Origin: a virus
Direction: 5' to 3' (one strand)
IMG/VR virus record: IMGVR_UViG_3300021964_000024
Location: 41,815-105,814 of that record
Length of the DNA: 64,000 bases
Shown in pieces: positions 9,931 to 20,215 of this stretch (its first letter is position 1; every line of letters starts with the position of its first letter). The translations under genes were made by a program, and so were the position numbers. The notes beneath the pieces are model-generated. The model was not told where the DNA came from, ran no database searches, and worked only from the letters and a program-made list of their open reading frames with translations.

Positions 9931-10401
9931 TTATACACTGGTTATCAACACTACGGTTCCTCCGATAATAAACGCAGAAATTACCACCGCCGCCAGTATT
10001 GCAATACCATCTTCAAATGCCGCTTTACGATCCGCAGCTTCTTTTGCCGCTTGGATCCTCCGTTGACGTATCACACGTCTCTCTTTCATCATCTCATCGT
10101 AGAAGTCTGATTGTCCGGTATAGATTAAGAAATCCTTGAGTTCCTGTTCCATTTGTGCAATTTTACGTCGAGCAGCAGTCACTTGTAGTGCTTCTGCTTC
10201 GACACTGTTACCGGCAAACAACTTCTTTACTCTTGAGTGTGTTGCACCTTTTATCGCTTCCTCAGATATCTGCTCTTTTGCGTCAAAGAATCGGGCGAAA
10301 TAGTTATATAGGTCTTCTGCTTCTCGACCTGACTCTACCGCCCTTTTAATCATGTTAAATGCAGATCCGGCAAGCGACAATGCCGCTCCGATCTCTACCA
10401 T
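9931..10401 (-). CDS. membrane-anchored coiled-coil protein
   Basis: C-terminal TM helix. Confidence 0.65.
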   Translation of the reverse strand: MVEIGAALSLAGSAFNMIKRAVESGREAEDLYNYFARFFDAKEQISEEAIKGATHSRVKKLFAGNSVEAEALQVTAARRKIAQMEQELKDFLIYTGQSDFYDEMMKERRVIRQRRIQAAKEAADRKAAFEDGIAILAAVVISAFIIGGTVVLITSV

Positions 10402-10411
10402 GATTATTTAC

Positions 10412-10741
10412 CTACTTTTTACCTGACCATGCTTGAGCACCAAAGAACGCTGCTACGATACCTGCAACTGCAATGAAGTAAACTCCTGCCATGTCACCCA
10501 GTATGTCTGCCGCTTTCTCTAGACCTGTTAAATTTGCACTCACCACGAGTACGGGATACAATAACATACCCCACAGCGAGAACCATGCCATGGAACGCTG
10601 TGCGTCACGCATTGCATCTGCGTCTTCGAGTTCTTTACGTTTAAACTCCAAGTACATCGCCTCTTCTTCTTTAGAGACTTTACCGTCTCCGTTTGTGTCA
10701 GCAGGGTGGTGTCCCGCTGCCTTGATCTCTTCTTCTGACAT
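10412..10741 (-). CDS. 2-TM membrane protein with EF-hand-like motif (holin-like)
   Basis: DTNGDGKVSKEE, two hydrophobic helices, basic C-terminus. Confidence 0.55.
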   Translation of the reverse strand: MSEEEIKAAGHHPADTNGDGKVSKEEEAMYLEFKRKELEDADAMRDAQRSMAWFSLWGMLLYPVLVVSANLTGLEKAADILGDMAGVYFIAVAGIVAAFFGAQAWSGKK

Positions 10742-10770
10742 ATTGAATATCCTTTGTAATTTTGATTATA

Positions 10771-11292
10771 CTATTCATTATGTAAAAGACTGCCTGACAT
10801 ATTCAAATTGAATCCTATAACAATTTTGTGTCCTTGGCAGTTTGGCCCTCTGTGTGGTAACATTGATGGAAAAACCACCAAGTCACCTATGTGCAAAACC
10901 ATGTCTACAAACCCCATCAACTGTGTTGAGTTCTCTGGTAACCCATGAACTTGTAACACTGCAGACAAATTCGTTCCCTCATGTGTATGCCACTCAAAGT
11001 TGTTCCCCTCGTTGTACTCGGCAAACCACATACTTTCAACCTTAATCCTAGAACATTGCCATTGGTTAGCATAGTTCGTAAGGGCAGGTTGTATTAATTT
11101 AATAGCCTCATCCCAATACGGTGGTCTATAATTAATACCTTCCTTCCATGGAAGTTTGTAATCAGAGAATTGCATGTTCGCAAATGAACAATCATGCTCT
11201 GACTTCACCTTCGTCATTTCCTTCGTCAGATGTTCCTTGAATGCAAAGAACTCTCTTGGTGGAAATGTATAACGTTTAATAAACTGATTCAA
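10771..11292 (-). CDS. 2OG-Fe(II) oxygenase
   Basis: WHTH...VVFPSMLPH...IGFN. Confidence 0.8.
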   Translation of the reverse strand: MNQFIKRYTFPPREFFAFKEHLTKEMTKVKSEHDCSFANMQFSDYKLPWKEGINYRPPYWDEAIKLIQPALTNYANQWQCSRIKVESMWFAEYNEGNNFEWHTHEGTNLSAVLQVHGLPENSTQLMGFVDMVLHIGDLVVFPSMLPHRGPNCQGHKIVIGFNLNMSGSLLHNE

Positions 11293-12776
11293 AATACTTT
11301 AACACCGTATTTATTTTCAAACAATTCAGCATCATGTTCGTCGTTGACCATAGGTCTTCCACGAATGTTCAAACTGGTATTTAGTAACATCGGAACCCCT
11401 GTACGTTCGTAGTATTCCTCAATTACCTTCCTAAAGACCGATTCACAGTCCTGACGGACTATTTGTACTCGTGCAGTTCCATCTACGTGAGTAACCGAAT
11501 CATAGTCATGAAGTGCCTTTGACGTGTACTGCATGTACTCGTTCATTGGCCCCTCGAAGTATTTATACGCATATTCTTCTAGAACTGCAGGTGCAAAGGG
11601 ACGATATTTTTGTCTGCGTTTGATCTCATTCACAGTGTCCTGTACATCATAACGTACATCTGCGATCAGAGATCTATTACCCAGTGCACGTGGCCCAAAC
11701 TCTGCCTTACCGTTCGCTATACCACATACCCTATGTTCTAAGAGGTGATCAACTACTTCTCTTGGATTGATCTCTCGTTCAATGTTGTAACCCATGTAAG
11801 GTGTCCAAATCAACTGATCTTGATCGGTCAACCTTGACCAAGACAGTGCGGCAGCACCCAGAGAAGATCCTGCGTCTGTAGGTGAGATTGCAATGTGAAC
11901 GTCTTCGAACAATTCGAAGAGTCTTGAATTGATAACAACATTTTGTGCACATCCACCAGAGTAGACCAGTTTCTTACCATAAAGTGATGCGGTTCTCATG
12001 ATCTGCATGATGGCATATTCTGCGAACTTTTGTACCCCTGCCGCAAAGTCTTCTTTACTGTATTTCGTAACGAAGACTTTTAACATGGAACGAAGGTTCT
12101 CATACTCCGGATTACCTTTATCGGGAAAGTCGATTTTCTGCTTCTTTTCAATACGAGGATTAATGTCACCTGTATGTTCCCACCAGTTGACTAGTTTTGA
12201 CCAGATCTCTTCGGGTGCTTGACCATAGGAAGCAAGTCCCATAGTCACGTATTCGTCTTCTAGTGGACGTAAACCTAACAGACGTGTTGCGGTAGTGTAC
12301 ACCAACCCTACTGACTTAGGGTAGTGATATTCTTTGATGAGGTTGAAATTGTTGTCGTAGATAGTTGCGGTTTGGAATTCACCTACACCATCGATAGACA
12401 CCATGACAGTCGTATCACGGTCTTTCCATGGACGGGTAAAGAATGCGGATGCACAATGACTCTTATGATGTTCATAATTGGCATCATAATAGATACTATC
12501 ATAGACAGGGATCTGTTCGTGTGCGGTAATAGAATTCCCTGTGTGTAGGGGATTCTTAGTTTGATCCTTTCTATAGGTCTTCTTCCACTCTACGTTTTCG
12601 TAGAATGAGAAGTGATCATCATTAGTAGTATAATCCCAGAGATTTTCTGGAATCACCGGATCATTTTTCTTCTTAGTAAATCTCTCTGCATGAGAGGCAA
12701 ACTCTATCGTACCGTCCGAATTGACAATAGATAAAGCTGCATCGTGATAGTATTCACTAAACCCAACGTACCTCAT
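11289..12776 (-). CDS. carbamoyltransferase (NodU/CmcH family)
   Basis: HDAA, HHKSH, IDGVGE, EFGPRALGNRS, THVDGTARVQ, LLNTSLN. Confidence 0.92.
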   Translation of the reverse strand: MRYVGFSEYYHDAALSIVNSDGTIEFASHAERFTKKKNDPVIPENLWDYTTNDDHFSFYENVEWKKTYRKDQTKNPLHTGNSITAHEQIPVYDSIYYDANYEHHKSHCASAFFTRPWKDRDTTVMVSIDGVGEFQTATIYDNNFNLIKEYHYPKSVGLVYTTATRLLGLRPLEDEYVTMGLASYGQAPEEIWSKLVNWWEHTGDINPRIEKKQKIDFPDKGNPEYENLRSMLKVFVTKYSKEDFAAGVQKFAEYAIMQIMRTASLYGKKLVYSGGCAQNVVINSRLFELFEDVHIAISPTDAGSSLGAAALSWSRLTDQDQLIWTPYMGYNIEREINPREVVDHLLEHRVCGIANGKAEFGPRALGNRSLIADVRYDVQDTVNEIKRRQKYRPFAPAVLEEYAYKYFEGPMNEYMQYTSKALHDYDSVTHVDGTARVQIVRQDCESVFRKVIEEYYERTGVPMLLNTSLNIRGRPMVNDEHDAELFENKYGVKVF

Positions 12777-12805
12777 AAAAAACTCCACTTAGTTAGCGAA
12801 GTTAT

Positions 12806-13381
12806 TTATCCAGTAATTATCTCGTAGAGTTCTTTCCAGTTCTTGACTCTAGGGATACCGTGATCTCCTGTATTGAAGTCGTGTGCAATCAAGTGTGAAT
12901 TGAGACCCAAGTTCTTACCAACTGTTGCGTTCTCAACTTTATCTTCGATCCAGTAACAACCCGTACCTTCGTACTCTTTGAGGATCTCATCCTTGTCTGC
13001 ACCAGTATCTAGGTACACATATCTCTCGAACGCAGTCTTACCGAATAACTCAGTAAGGTTCTTGCATCTTAGATACTGTGCGTACTGGTCATTACTAAGA
13101 CTGGTGATTGCGTGAAACACGTAACCATGTTCCTCATGAAGTTTTTTAATATACTTCATTGCGTCTCTGAGAGGTGGTATCTTTCTGATCCACGCACTCT
13201 CGTTGAACAATCTTACTAGTCTTTTTGCATAGGGTCTCTCTAACCCGTACTGGTCTGCGACATCATAGACAGTATCATCTACAATCTCGAAACCTTGTCT
13301 GTGCATCCACCCTCTCCAAGAGTGTTGCCAGTCTAGGACTACACCATCGCAGTCCGTAAGTATTACTTTTTCTTTCATCAT
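12806..13381 (-). CDS. HAD-family 5'-nucleotidase (T4 gp30.2-like)
   Basis: DCDGV, WIEDK. Confidence 0.85.
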   Translation of the reverse strand: MMKEKVILTDCDGVVLDWQHSWRGWMHRQGFEIVDDTVYDVADQYGLERPYAKRLVRLFNESAWIRKIPPLRDAMKYIKKLHEEHGYVFHAITSLSNDQYAQYLRCKNLTELFGKTAFERYVYLDTGADKDEILKEYEGTGCYWIEDKVENATVGKNLGLNSHLIAHDFNTGDHGIPRVKNWKELYEIITG

Positions 13382-13590
13382 ATAGGTAATTCCATTTGTT
13401 TAGTATAACCTGCAATGGTGTCAGAGATGTTCTTCAGAACAATCTCTTTCTGTGCATCCCCTGCAAGTGCCCAATCTAGTTGGGTCTTCAAAACTCCATA
13501 ACAGTACGCATAGTTCTTCGTACCGTTACCTTCCAACGAATGAGTCTTTGACTCTTCTTCAATTATTTCAAAATACTGATCTAAGCACAT
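13378..13590 (-). CDS. hypothetical protein
   Basis: 70-aa ORF in early operon. Confidence 0.6.
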   Translation of the reverse strand: MCLDQYFEIIEEESKTHSLEGNGTKNYAYCYGVLKTQLDWALAGDAQKEIVLKNISDTIAGYTKQMELPI

Positions 13591-13967
13591 AACGTCAATC
13601 CTGCATCAAGTTTCTCTGCAATCTCTATGATTGCTTTGGTGTGTTCCTCTCTGTAAGCAACCCATTCATGGTACTGACCAATCGGGTATTTTGCAGGAGG
13701 GGTTATTCCAGTAACATCGTTACTAGTCTCAAACTCTTCATAGTTTGAATACGGGTAGATGGCAAAGGTATCTGCCTTATCCTTGTGAACAAAGTCTTTA
13801 GGTCTGTCGTAACCAACCTTACTGTTTCCTCTGTACCTGACAGTGAACAATCTAGTCCTCATTAGTTCTTGGACTTTAGGGTGGTTTCTGTATTCCATTG
13901 GAATACCCTTGTAGAGACCTGACTCATAGTCGGGACATCTATAATCTTCTAATATCAAATTTTTCAT
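13581..13967 (-). CDS. hypothetical early protein
   Basis: ATG after GAGG RBS of promoter cassette. Confidence 0.65.
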   Translation of the reverse strand: MKNLILEDYRCPDYESGLYKGIPMEYRNHPKVQELMRTRLFTVRYRGNSKVGYDRPKDFVHKDKADTFAIYPYSNYEEFETSNDVTGITPPAKYPIGQYHEWVAYREEHTKAIIEIAEKLDAGLTLCA

Positions 13968-13969
13968 AA

Positions 13970-14060
13970 TTAACCTCACTTTTCTCAATTACATGTTAAG
14001 TATACATGTTTTTGAAACAAGTGTCAAGGGTTTTTTGAAAAAAAGTATATATTTTTTATA
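13970..14060 (-). promoter_or_regulatory. early promoter/RBS cassette (repeat family)
   Basis: TTGACA-17-TATACT, CTTGTTT spacer motif, AATTGAGAAAAGTGAGG leader. Confidence 0.85.
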
Positions 14061-14070
14061 TATAATTTGA

Positions 14071-14895
14071 CTAAGCAAGTATCTTAAATTTACCTTCTTT
14101 GGCATGGCGTAACATATCGATTTTCCAACCACCACCAGTGTAGTGACACATCTTTGCCTTCTCAAAGAACTCATCTTCAGTGGCATAATGGGGGGAGTCG
14201 TTCCATGTCTGATCCAGTGCTTCGGTGTTTAGATCGAAGTCGTGTTTGATCAACTGTCCAGATATGTACGGTTGATCATTCATCACCGACATATGGAACT
14301 CTGGTTTTGCGTAGAACCATTCTGTCCAGTCCATGAATACCTCACGTGCACGTAGACGTGCCTCACGTGTCCATACGACAATACCTGTATTCAGGACAGT
14401 TAACTTAGATGGTCTACTAGGTGGTAGTGATGGGACAATAGGAATGTCGTGCATAGAGAACTTTGCAACAAAGTCTTGATATGTCTTTTCCTTGTAGTCC
14501 CAAGAGTTATACCCACCACCATTCGATGTGACGATATCACTCTCAAGTACACCAAAGACATCTCCGTCTTCACACAGATCAAAGATGTTCTCTTCGGTGT
14601 TTACTACAATGTCGGTATCGGCAAATAACACCTTGTCATACTGGTCAAACATAGGATCATAGATAACCCTCAAACACTCAAACAAAAGAGCGTTTGCATG
14701 GTCATGTCCTGCAGTGTACACTTGCTCATCTGAGTAGAAGTACTCTGCATCAATAATATCAGCATACTCTAGAAAGGAACGTCGAGATAAATCTGCTACC
14801 TCACGATAGACTTGACTTCTCTGTCTTCCCTCAATCTCTCCCCTTTCGTCTACATTAGGGTTGAGTACCATGTATTGAAATATCGCATTTCTCAT
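14071..14895 (-). CDS. glycosyltransferase (GT-A)
   Basis: FADTDI, NTGIV, NDQPY, HYTG. Confidence 0.8.
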   Translation of the reverse strand: MRNAIFQYMVLNPNVDERGEIEGRQRSQVYREVADLSRRSFLEYADIIDAEYFYSDEQVYTAGHDHANALLFECLRVIYDPMFDQYDKVLFADTDIVVNTEENIFDLCEDGDVFGVLESDIVTSNGGGYNSWDYKEKTYQDFVAKFSMHDIPIVPSLPPSRPSKLTVLNTGIVVWTREARLRAREVFMDWTEWFYAKPEFHMSVMNDQPYISGQLIKHDFDLNTEALDQTWNDSPHYATEDEFFEKAKMCHYTGGGWKIDMLRHAKEGKFKILA

Positions 14896-15036
14896 TGACA
14901 ATCCTTTTATCACGGGATCTATTGTAATCAGATCCTCTCATTTTATACCCAGAATCAAACTTGGTTCGATTCTTATGACTGTTACGTTTCTTGTTTCTTG
15001 AATCGTGACGGGTGTATTTCGCCATATATTTAGACG

Positions 15037-15486
15037 TTAACTAACGTTCTCCAATCTAACCATTAACCGTTCTGCACGGTTAGTTACCTGCCTGTGCCAG
15101 CGTGAATCACGTCCTTCCACGGCAGCCCTTTTCCAGTCACCCTCTTCGAGAGCGGCACGGAAATTCTTGAAACCACCCAGACGGGTGCGTCCCATGTTAA
15201 ACATCATGTTGACCAATACCTGCTGGACTTCATCGGGCCATCCTTCAAACATTGAATCTCCGAATAAAGCATTGCACTCTGATATTGCAAGGTCAAGGTC
15301 GAGTTCGAAACACTCTCTGACTCTATCTTCTGATACGGGCGTTCCAACTGGTTCTCCGTGTTCAGGATCCGATTCAAGCACCAAGTGCCCGACTCCGAAA
15401 GTTTCATATCCAAGATGATCTTTGTATACTTCATATACAACCCCCTCATCTATCTTGAGTTGTTCAAATACTGCTTCTCTGTTCAT
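15037..15486 (-). CDS. T4-type lysozyme (GH24)
   Basis: DEG..YKDHLGYETFGVGH, NMMFNMG, DSRW.RQV.NRA. Confidence 0.9.
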   Translation of the reverse strand: MNREAVFEQLKIDEGVVYEVYKDHLGYETFGVGHLVLESDPEHGEPVGTPVSEDRVRECFELDLDLAISECNALFGDSMFEGWPDEVQQVLVNMMFNMGRTRLGGFKNFRAALEEGDWKRAAVEGRDSRWHRQVTNRAERLMVRLENVS

Positions 15487-15488
15487 TT

Positions 15489-17198
15489 TTATATTTTCCT
15501 ATAATTGAGTTTTTGTTTCTTGTATTTAGCAATTATGCTACCGTAAGTAGATACGTCCGAATGATTTAGTACAGGTGGGTCGCCTGAGTATACACGATTC
15601 AAATCGTATCCTAGTTGACTGTACCAACCCATATGCCAACCACTCTGACTCTCTGGTTTCTTTCTTAGTTTGATCCTGTCAGAAGTAAACTCTGCACACC
15701 AAGTAATCATGTCAACTTCGTCATAGTCTTTACTAGGATGAACCCATACTTGTTGGAAAGTCTTGTCTTGACGATCTTTTGAGTCCTCTTCGAATAGTTT
15801 TTTCTTAGCTTTATCACTTATGTTGTCTACCAGTGATTGTATGTCAACATTGTCTGGTAAGACTCCATGTTTTCTCCACACGAAATCATAGAATCCTATG
15901 GTTGCCCGATCAATTATATTTTTTGATCTGAAACTATATCCCCACTTTTTAGGATTCGATTCTATCTCTGATACAGCGTCAATCCCATCGTGACCTACAT
16001 GCTGTGATATGTATAACGAATGTATAGTTACCTGATTCTTCCAATATCTATTCAACCAATCTGCAGTGTTATCCAAAGTCTCAAACGTCTCGTGAGGTAA
16101 TCCTGCTATCATTGACAGGGTTCCGTTATAGTGGTTGCCTGGCAACTTGTTCTTACGGAAGTATTCCTCTCCTTGTAGAAGACCTTCTTGTATGATCAGA
16201 GGCGACATACCTTTCCGTATTGATTTAGCAGAAGCGTGATTGAAAGACTCAAGACCCATTGAATGACTTGTGAATCCCATGGTGATCATGTTGTCCCAGT
16301 CTTCTCTGGATCGTTTTACAAACAAGTCTCCTCGAATGAATCCATGAAACTGTGGTTGAAAGTCTAGTCGTTTAGTTGCGTTTGCAAACTTCTCAATTTT
16401 TTCTGATCTATCGTTGCATGTCTCATCTGCCAATAGGTAACGAGTTACTCCCCACTTGTCATAGTTCTCCCTGAGTTCTTCTTCGAAGTCTTCCGCATCT
16501 CTTGTGTGATCACCCTTGACTCCCAGTGGAGCGTAGTCGCAGAACGAACATTTAAACATACACCCTCTTGACAGTTCTGTGGTCAACACTTCATTCGATC
16601 TTATAAAGTCCCTCTCTTCGTATGAAGTCTTTGCCTTCCTATGCGGATAGGCAGGATAGTCTCTAAAACAGTCAATGATTGTATACTCACGATGCAGTGA
16701 TCCATCTATTGATTGAAAAGGATTGAACACCCTTTTTACTTTAGGTTCAGGTGCATCACCTGCAAGATAATCGCACAGTGCAACAATCCCATGTTCACCA
16801 TTACCGATACAATAGTAGTCAACGTTTCTGTGTCGTATCACATTGACCAGTTTGTTAGCACCCACCACGGTCTTGATGTGGGGATACTTGTTCTTAATAT
16901 AAGACAGGATCTCGTTTTGTTTCTGAACGATTTCACCTTCACCATGTATTGAGTACGTAAAGAAAGTGCTAAACCCGATCCATTTGGTGTGACTACTCAC
17001 TCGACTGTCTACAAAGTCTTTGAGTTCTTGCACACCCCATGCACTGAAGAAGTCTAAGACTTCTACGTCCCAGTCTCTTGTCTTCCTTATATGAGATGCA
17101 ATTCTGTGAGCACCATGACCACGAACCGCAACTTCTATTCCAGTGTATCCAACTGGATACATCACATCTGCTCCAGTTAGGATAAGAGCATGATTCAT
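15489..17198 (-). CDS. B12-binding-like radical SAM protein
   Basis: SRGCMFKCSFC, ADET, GLES, IAGLPHET. Confidence 0.85.
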   Translation of the reverse strand: MNHALILTGADVMYPVGYTGIEVAVRGHGAHRIASHIRKTRDWDVEVLDFFSAWGVQELKDFVDSRVSSHTKWIGFSTFFTYSIHGEGEIVQKQNEILSYIKNKYPHIKTVVGANKLVNVIRHRNVDYYCIGNGEHGIVALCDYLAGDAPEPKVKRVFNPFQSIDGSLHREYTIIDCFRDYPAYPHRKAKTSYEERDFIRSNEVLTTELSRGCMFKCSFCDYAPLGVKGDHTRDAEDFEEELRENYDKWGVTRYLLADETCNDRSEKIEKFANATKRLDFQPQFHGFIRGDLFVKRSREDWDNMITMGFTSHSMGLESFNHASAKSIRKGMSPLIIQEGLLQGEEYFRKNKLPGNHYNGTLSMIAGLPHETFETLDNTADWLNRYWKNQVTIHSLYISQHVGHDGIDAVSEIESNPKKWGYSFRSKNIIDRATIGFYDFVWRKHGVLPDNVDIQSLVDNISDKAKKKLFEEDSKDRQDKTFQQVWVHPSKDYDEVDMITWCAEFTSDRIKLRKKPESQSGWHMGWYSQLGYDLNRVYSGDPPVLNHSDVSTYGSIIAKYKKQKLNYRKI

Positions 17199-18310
17199 TT
17201 TAGTTGAAACATCTTTATTTCGTTGTACTTGGTTCTACCCACAGTCTTCCAAGAAGGGTAGGGTTCTATGCACTCTACTTCTTTAAAACAATCTACTTTG
17301 TCCCATCCAGTTTTTGCCCAGAAATTTTCCATAGCAGGAAACGATGCAATAAGATATCCATTAGGTTTCAGACTCTTTACAATTGCAGGTACACATTCAG
17401 CGGTCAACAAACCAAATGCAAATACACCACACATGAAAATTACATCATAGGTCTTAGGTAGTTCACTATAACATATGTCGTGTTGAGTCACACTCTTATA
17501 GAACGGACGTGATTGATTACACATGGTTTCGGAGATGTCATACGCATCCCAAGGTGCAACACCATCCGGATAAAGTTCTTTTGCAAGTAGACCACTACCC
17601 TGTCCTATCTCAGCAACATCAAGTTCGTCAAGGTTGAGATCCAACCTGTTAACCAACTCTGCCATCTTTACATGACTGGCACTGTAGAATTGTTTGACGT
17701 TCTGTTCGTAGGATCCCCAGTTATCATAGAGAGATTGAATCTTCTCCATCTGAGGATGGATGTTCGCCTTCGCCTTTTTCTCCATGTAGGTTTCTTTTGG
17801 TAAGGATTGAATTGGAATGTGATTAGAATTTTCTCCGTGCATATTCCAATTGAATCCTATGATAATTTTTCTACCCGTAACAACAGGTGATCTGTGGGGT
17901 AACATAGAAGGGAACAGTACCACACTACCTACTGGCAACTGAAGACCACTACCAAATATCTGAGTCGCTTCTTCGGGTCTATTCAGATCAACCGTAATCA
18001 CTCCAGTTAAATTTGCACCTGTGTGAGTATGTGATGGATAGTCACCACCCTCATTATATGCATGGAACCACATAGATTCGATATTGTAATTCTCGCATCC
18101 CCAAGTCCTACAGTAGTCTTTCAGTATAGGGTGGATCCTTTTCTTAACAAGCTTATAGTAAGGTTTTCTTTCTGGACGAAACTGAGACGGAGAGTCGCTG
18201 ATATCGTAATCAGATTGTGCAGGCCAGTTACTACTAATAGTAACCGTATCTAAAAACTCTTCTCTAAACTCATCGAAGTTCTTTAAGTGGAATACCTGTA
18301 TATAATTCAT
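17195..18310 (-). CDS. 2OG-Fe(II) oxygenase / SAM methyltransferase fusion
   Basis: HTH..LFPSMLPH N-domain; EIGQGSG, DISETM C-domain. Confidence 0.8.
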   Translation of the reverse strand: MNYIQVFHLKNFDEFREEFLDTVTISSNWPAQSDYDISDSPSQFRPERKPYYKLVKKRIHPILKDYCRTWGCENYNIESMWFHAYNEGGDYPSHTHTGANLTGVITVDLNRPEEATQIFGSGLQLPVGSVVLFPSMLPHRSPVVTGRKIIIGFNWNMHGENSNHIPIQSLPKETYMEKKAKANIHPQMEKIQSLYDNWGSYEQNVKQFYSASHVKMAELVNRLDLNLDELDVAEIGQGSGLLAKELYPDGVAPWDAYDISETMCNQSRPFYKSVTQHDICYSELPKTYDVIFMCGVFAFGLLTAECVPAIVKSLKPNGYLIASFPAMENFWAKTGWDKVDCFKEVECIEPYPSWKTVGRTKYNEIKMFQLK

Positions 18311-18981
18311 CTCATCATTTCTTTGGTCATGATATAGTCACGTACAAAGTCAGACCTCACAATGTCTGCCCAAGTGAATTCTACCATCGTAAATTTTTTC
18401 ATCAATTCTAATATCGCAGTAAACTGATTTACTCCTGCTTTATCCTGCGTCTTAGTAAAGTCAGACTGGTAGTAATCACCACAGAAGATGATTCTACAAT
18501 TATGTCCAACACGAGTAATTATACTATCTAGTTCGTGGAATGTCAAGTTCTGCATCTCATCTACGATGATGATTGAGTCACTGATCGTCGTTCCTCGAAT
18601 GTGTGATGTGGATATGAAATCAATCACTCCGCACTTCGATAGTTTCTCGTATGCACCACGGTCTTCAAACAACTCAGTACATATCTGTCGATATGGCCCC
18701 GTGTATGCATCTATCTTTTCTTCGAGTGTGCCTGGCAGAAAACCGATCTCTCGTGTAGGTACGATGGATCTGACAATGGTAACGTTCTCGAAAGTATTGC
18801 CCTTGTCAAGGGTATCTTCTAGTGCAAGGTACATTGCAAGAAAGGTCTTACCTGATCCTGCAGTACCAGACATAACTATATGGTTACCTTCGTCCCATGC
18901 TTTGAAAACAACTTCCTGAGACATAGTAAGAGGTTCAATCGTCCGGAGATGATCGATCTTTAAAATCTGTGGTTTGGTCAT
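18307..18981 (-). CDS. phoH: PhoH family protein
   Basis: GTAGSGKT, GFLPG, DEMQN, GDYYQSD, DIVRS. Confidence 0.95.
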   Translation of the reverse strand: MTKPQILKIDHLRTIEPLTMSQEVVFKAWDEGNHIVMSGTAGSGKTFLAMYLALEDTLDKGNTFENVTIVRSIVPTREIGFLPGTLEEKIDAYTGPYRQICTELFEDRGAYEKLSKCGVIDFISTSHIRGTTISDSIIIVDEMQNLTFHELDSIITRVGHNCRIIFCGDYYQSDFTKTQDKAGVNQFTAILELMKKFTMVEFTWADIVRSDFVRDYIMTKEMMR

Positions 18982-18985
18982 TTGA

Positions 18986-19222
18986 TTAGGTCTTAATCGT
19001 ATTCCCTCTACCGGATCCTTTTTTGATTCGGTTAAGGTGGTCTTTCCATCCGTCACCTGCCGTACTCAATGCGGATTTACCGGCAGACACAAGAGCAGGG
19101 GTGCTCATAAAGTGTCGGGTTAAATGTGGGTTATCCTTTAAGAAGTTATCGTAGTCTGCGATCTTTACATTCACTTCTATAACTTCATCGGTCTCTTTGT
19201 TTTTAAAATCATAAATCGGCAT
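18986..19222 (-). CDS. FmdB-like regulatory protein
   Basis: MPIYDFKN..., typical neighbour of phoH in T4-like phages. Confidence 0.7.
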   Translation of the reverse strand: MPIYDFKNKETDEVIEVNVKIADYDNFLKDNPHLTRHFMSTPALVSAGKSALSTAGDGWKDHLNRIKKGSGRGNTIKT

Positions 19223-19242
19223 AATATGTCCTTTCCATACGA

Positions 19243-19262
19243 CACCCCGCTTAAGCGGGGTG
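19243..19262. other. perfect GC-rich hairpin
   Basis: CACCCCGC-TTAA-GCGGGGTG, no U tract. Confidence 0.6.
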
Positions 19263-19278
19263 AAGAGATATGGATCAC

Positions 19279-19446
19279 CTACCTTAGTTGAGTCACTGTT
19301 TGGTCAACAATTGTTTGATTGAGAAACGCTTGTTTTTTCGTTAATTTGTAAACAAGATCGTCCCGGCCTTTTTTCTTCAACCGTTGGATATAGTGATCCA
19401 ACTCATGACTATCCCTTTTAAGTCTTTCTAATTGTTTTTCTGACAT
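19279..19446 (-). CDS. small hypothetical protein
   Basis: MSEKQLERLKRD..., RBS GAGG. Confidence 0.6.
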   Translation of the reverse strand: MSEKQLERLKRDSHELDHYIQRLKKKGRDDLVYKLTKKQAFLNQTIVDQTVTQLR

Positions 19447-19477
19447 CAACACCTCATATGTTTGTTAATCGGAATGG

Positions 19478-19912
19478 TTAGGTTTTTATTAGGTTTGGAA
19501 AGGTCTCCTCCGTTAGTTTTTTAGTTAAGTATTTCACTGGTGGTTGCTTATTCACCATTGACAAAACGAGTTCCGCATCTGCGGGATGGATTGCTTCCAA
19601 CAATCGGATGAACATGTTCTCCCTTTTGTACGCTGGCATGTTATCGCCGGGCCCGCCTTTCACAAAGTATCCAAACTCTTTGTGTTTTTTCAGTAGGGTA
19701 GAGGGAACAGATTCCTCCCGATTAGGAGTGAATGGGGGTTTTCCTTCGGGGAGAAGGAATTGTAGAGAGTCATCAAATGTGCCTCTCAGTATGTCTTTAA
19801 ATGCAGGAACGTCTGCGTACTTCAATAGTACTTCCTTCCTTTTCGCTTTACTTGTTTGTTGTTCAAATTCTTCAAAGATCTCGAAGACCTGTTTCACAGT
19901 ATAGTGTACCAT
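19478..19912 (-). CDS. conserved T4-like hypothetical protein
   Basis: LLPEGKPPF, KRENMFIRLLE motifs. Confidence 0.75.
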   Translation of the reverse strand: MVHYTVKQVFEIFEEFEQQTSKAKRKEVLLKYADVPAFKDILRGTFDDSLQFLLPEGKPPFTPNREESVPSTLLKKHKEFGYFVKGGPGDNMPAYKRENMFIRLLEAIHPADAELVLSMVNKQPPVKYLTKKLTEETFPNLIKT

Positions 19913-19978
19913 ATTATTTCACCTTTAATGTATATAGGGTTTTGAGGTTGTCTAATGTATATATTCCTCAAATAAAAT

Positions 19979-20012
19979 TAAAAAAAACCCACCACCCCGA
20001 AGGATGATGGGA
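19979..20012 (-). terminator. intrinsic terminator
   Basis: CCCATCATCC-TTCG-GGGTGGTGGG followed by T8. Confidence 0.85.
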
Positions 20013-20057
20013 AAGGGGGTTCATCAACTATCCATAGGAATCATTACCAATTTTCGT

Positions 20058-20198
20058 CTAGTCAACTTCCCATTCTATCACTTGATAGTTATTCATTCCG
20101 TTCGCTTCTGCATACTCTATCGCAGCTTCCTCACTCTCGAAACACAACTCAGGTAGGAACTCTCCGTTCTCCTCTAAGTAATAAACACAATCATCCAC
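20058..20198 (-). CDS. small acidic hypothetical protein
   Basis: GTG start after GAGG; DDCVYYLEENGE...FESEEAAIEYA. Confidence 0.55.
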   Translation of the reverse strand: MDDCVYYLEENGEFLPELCFESEEAAIEYAEANGMNNYQVIEWEVD

Positions 20199-20215
20199 AA
20201 CACACCTCTAAAAAC

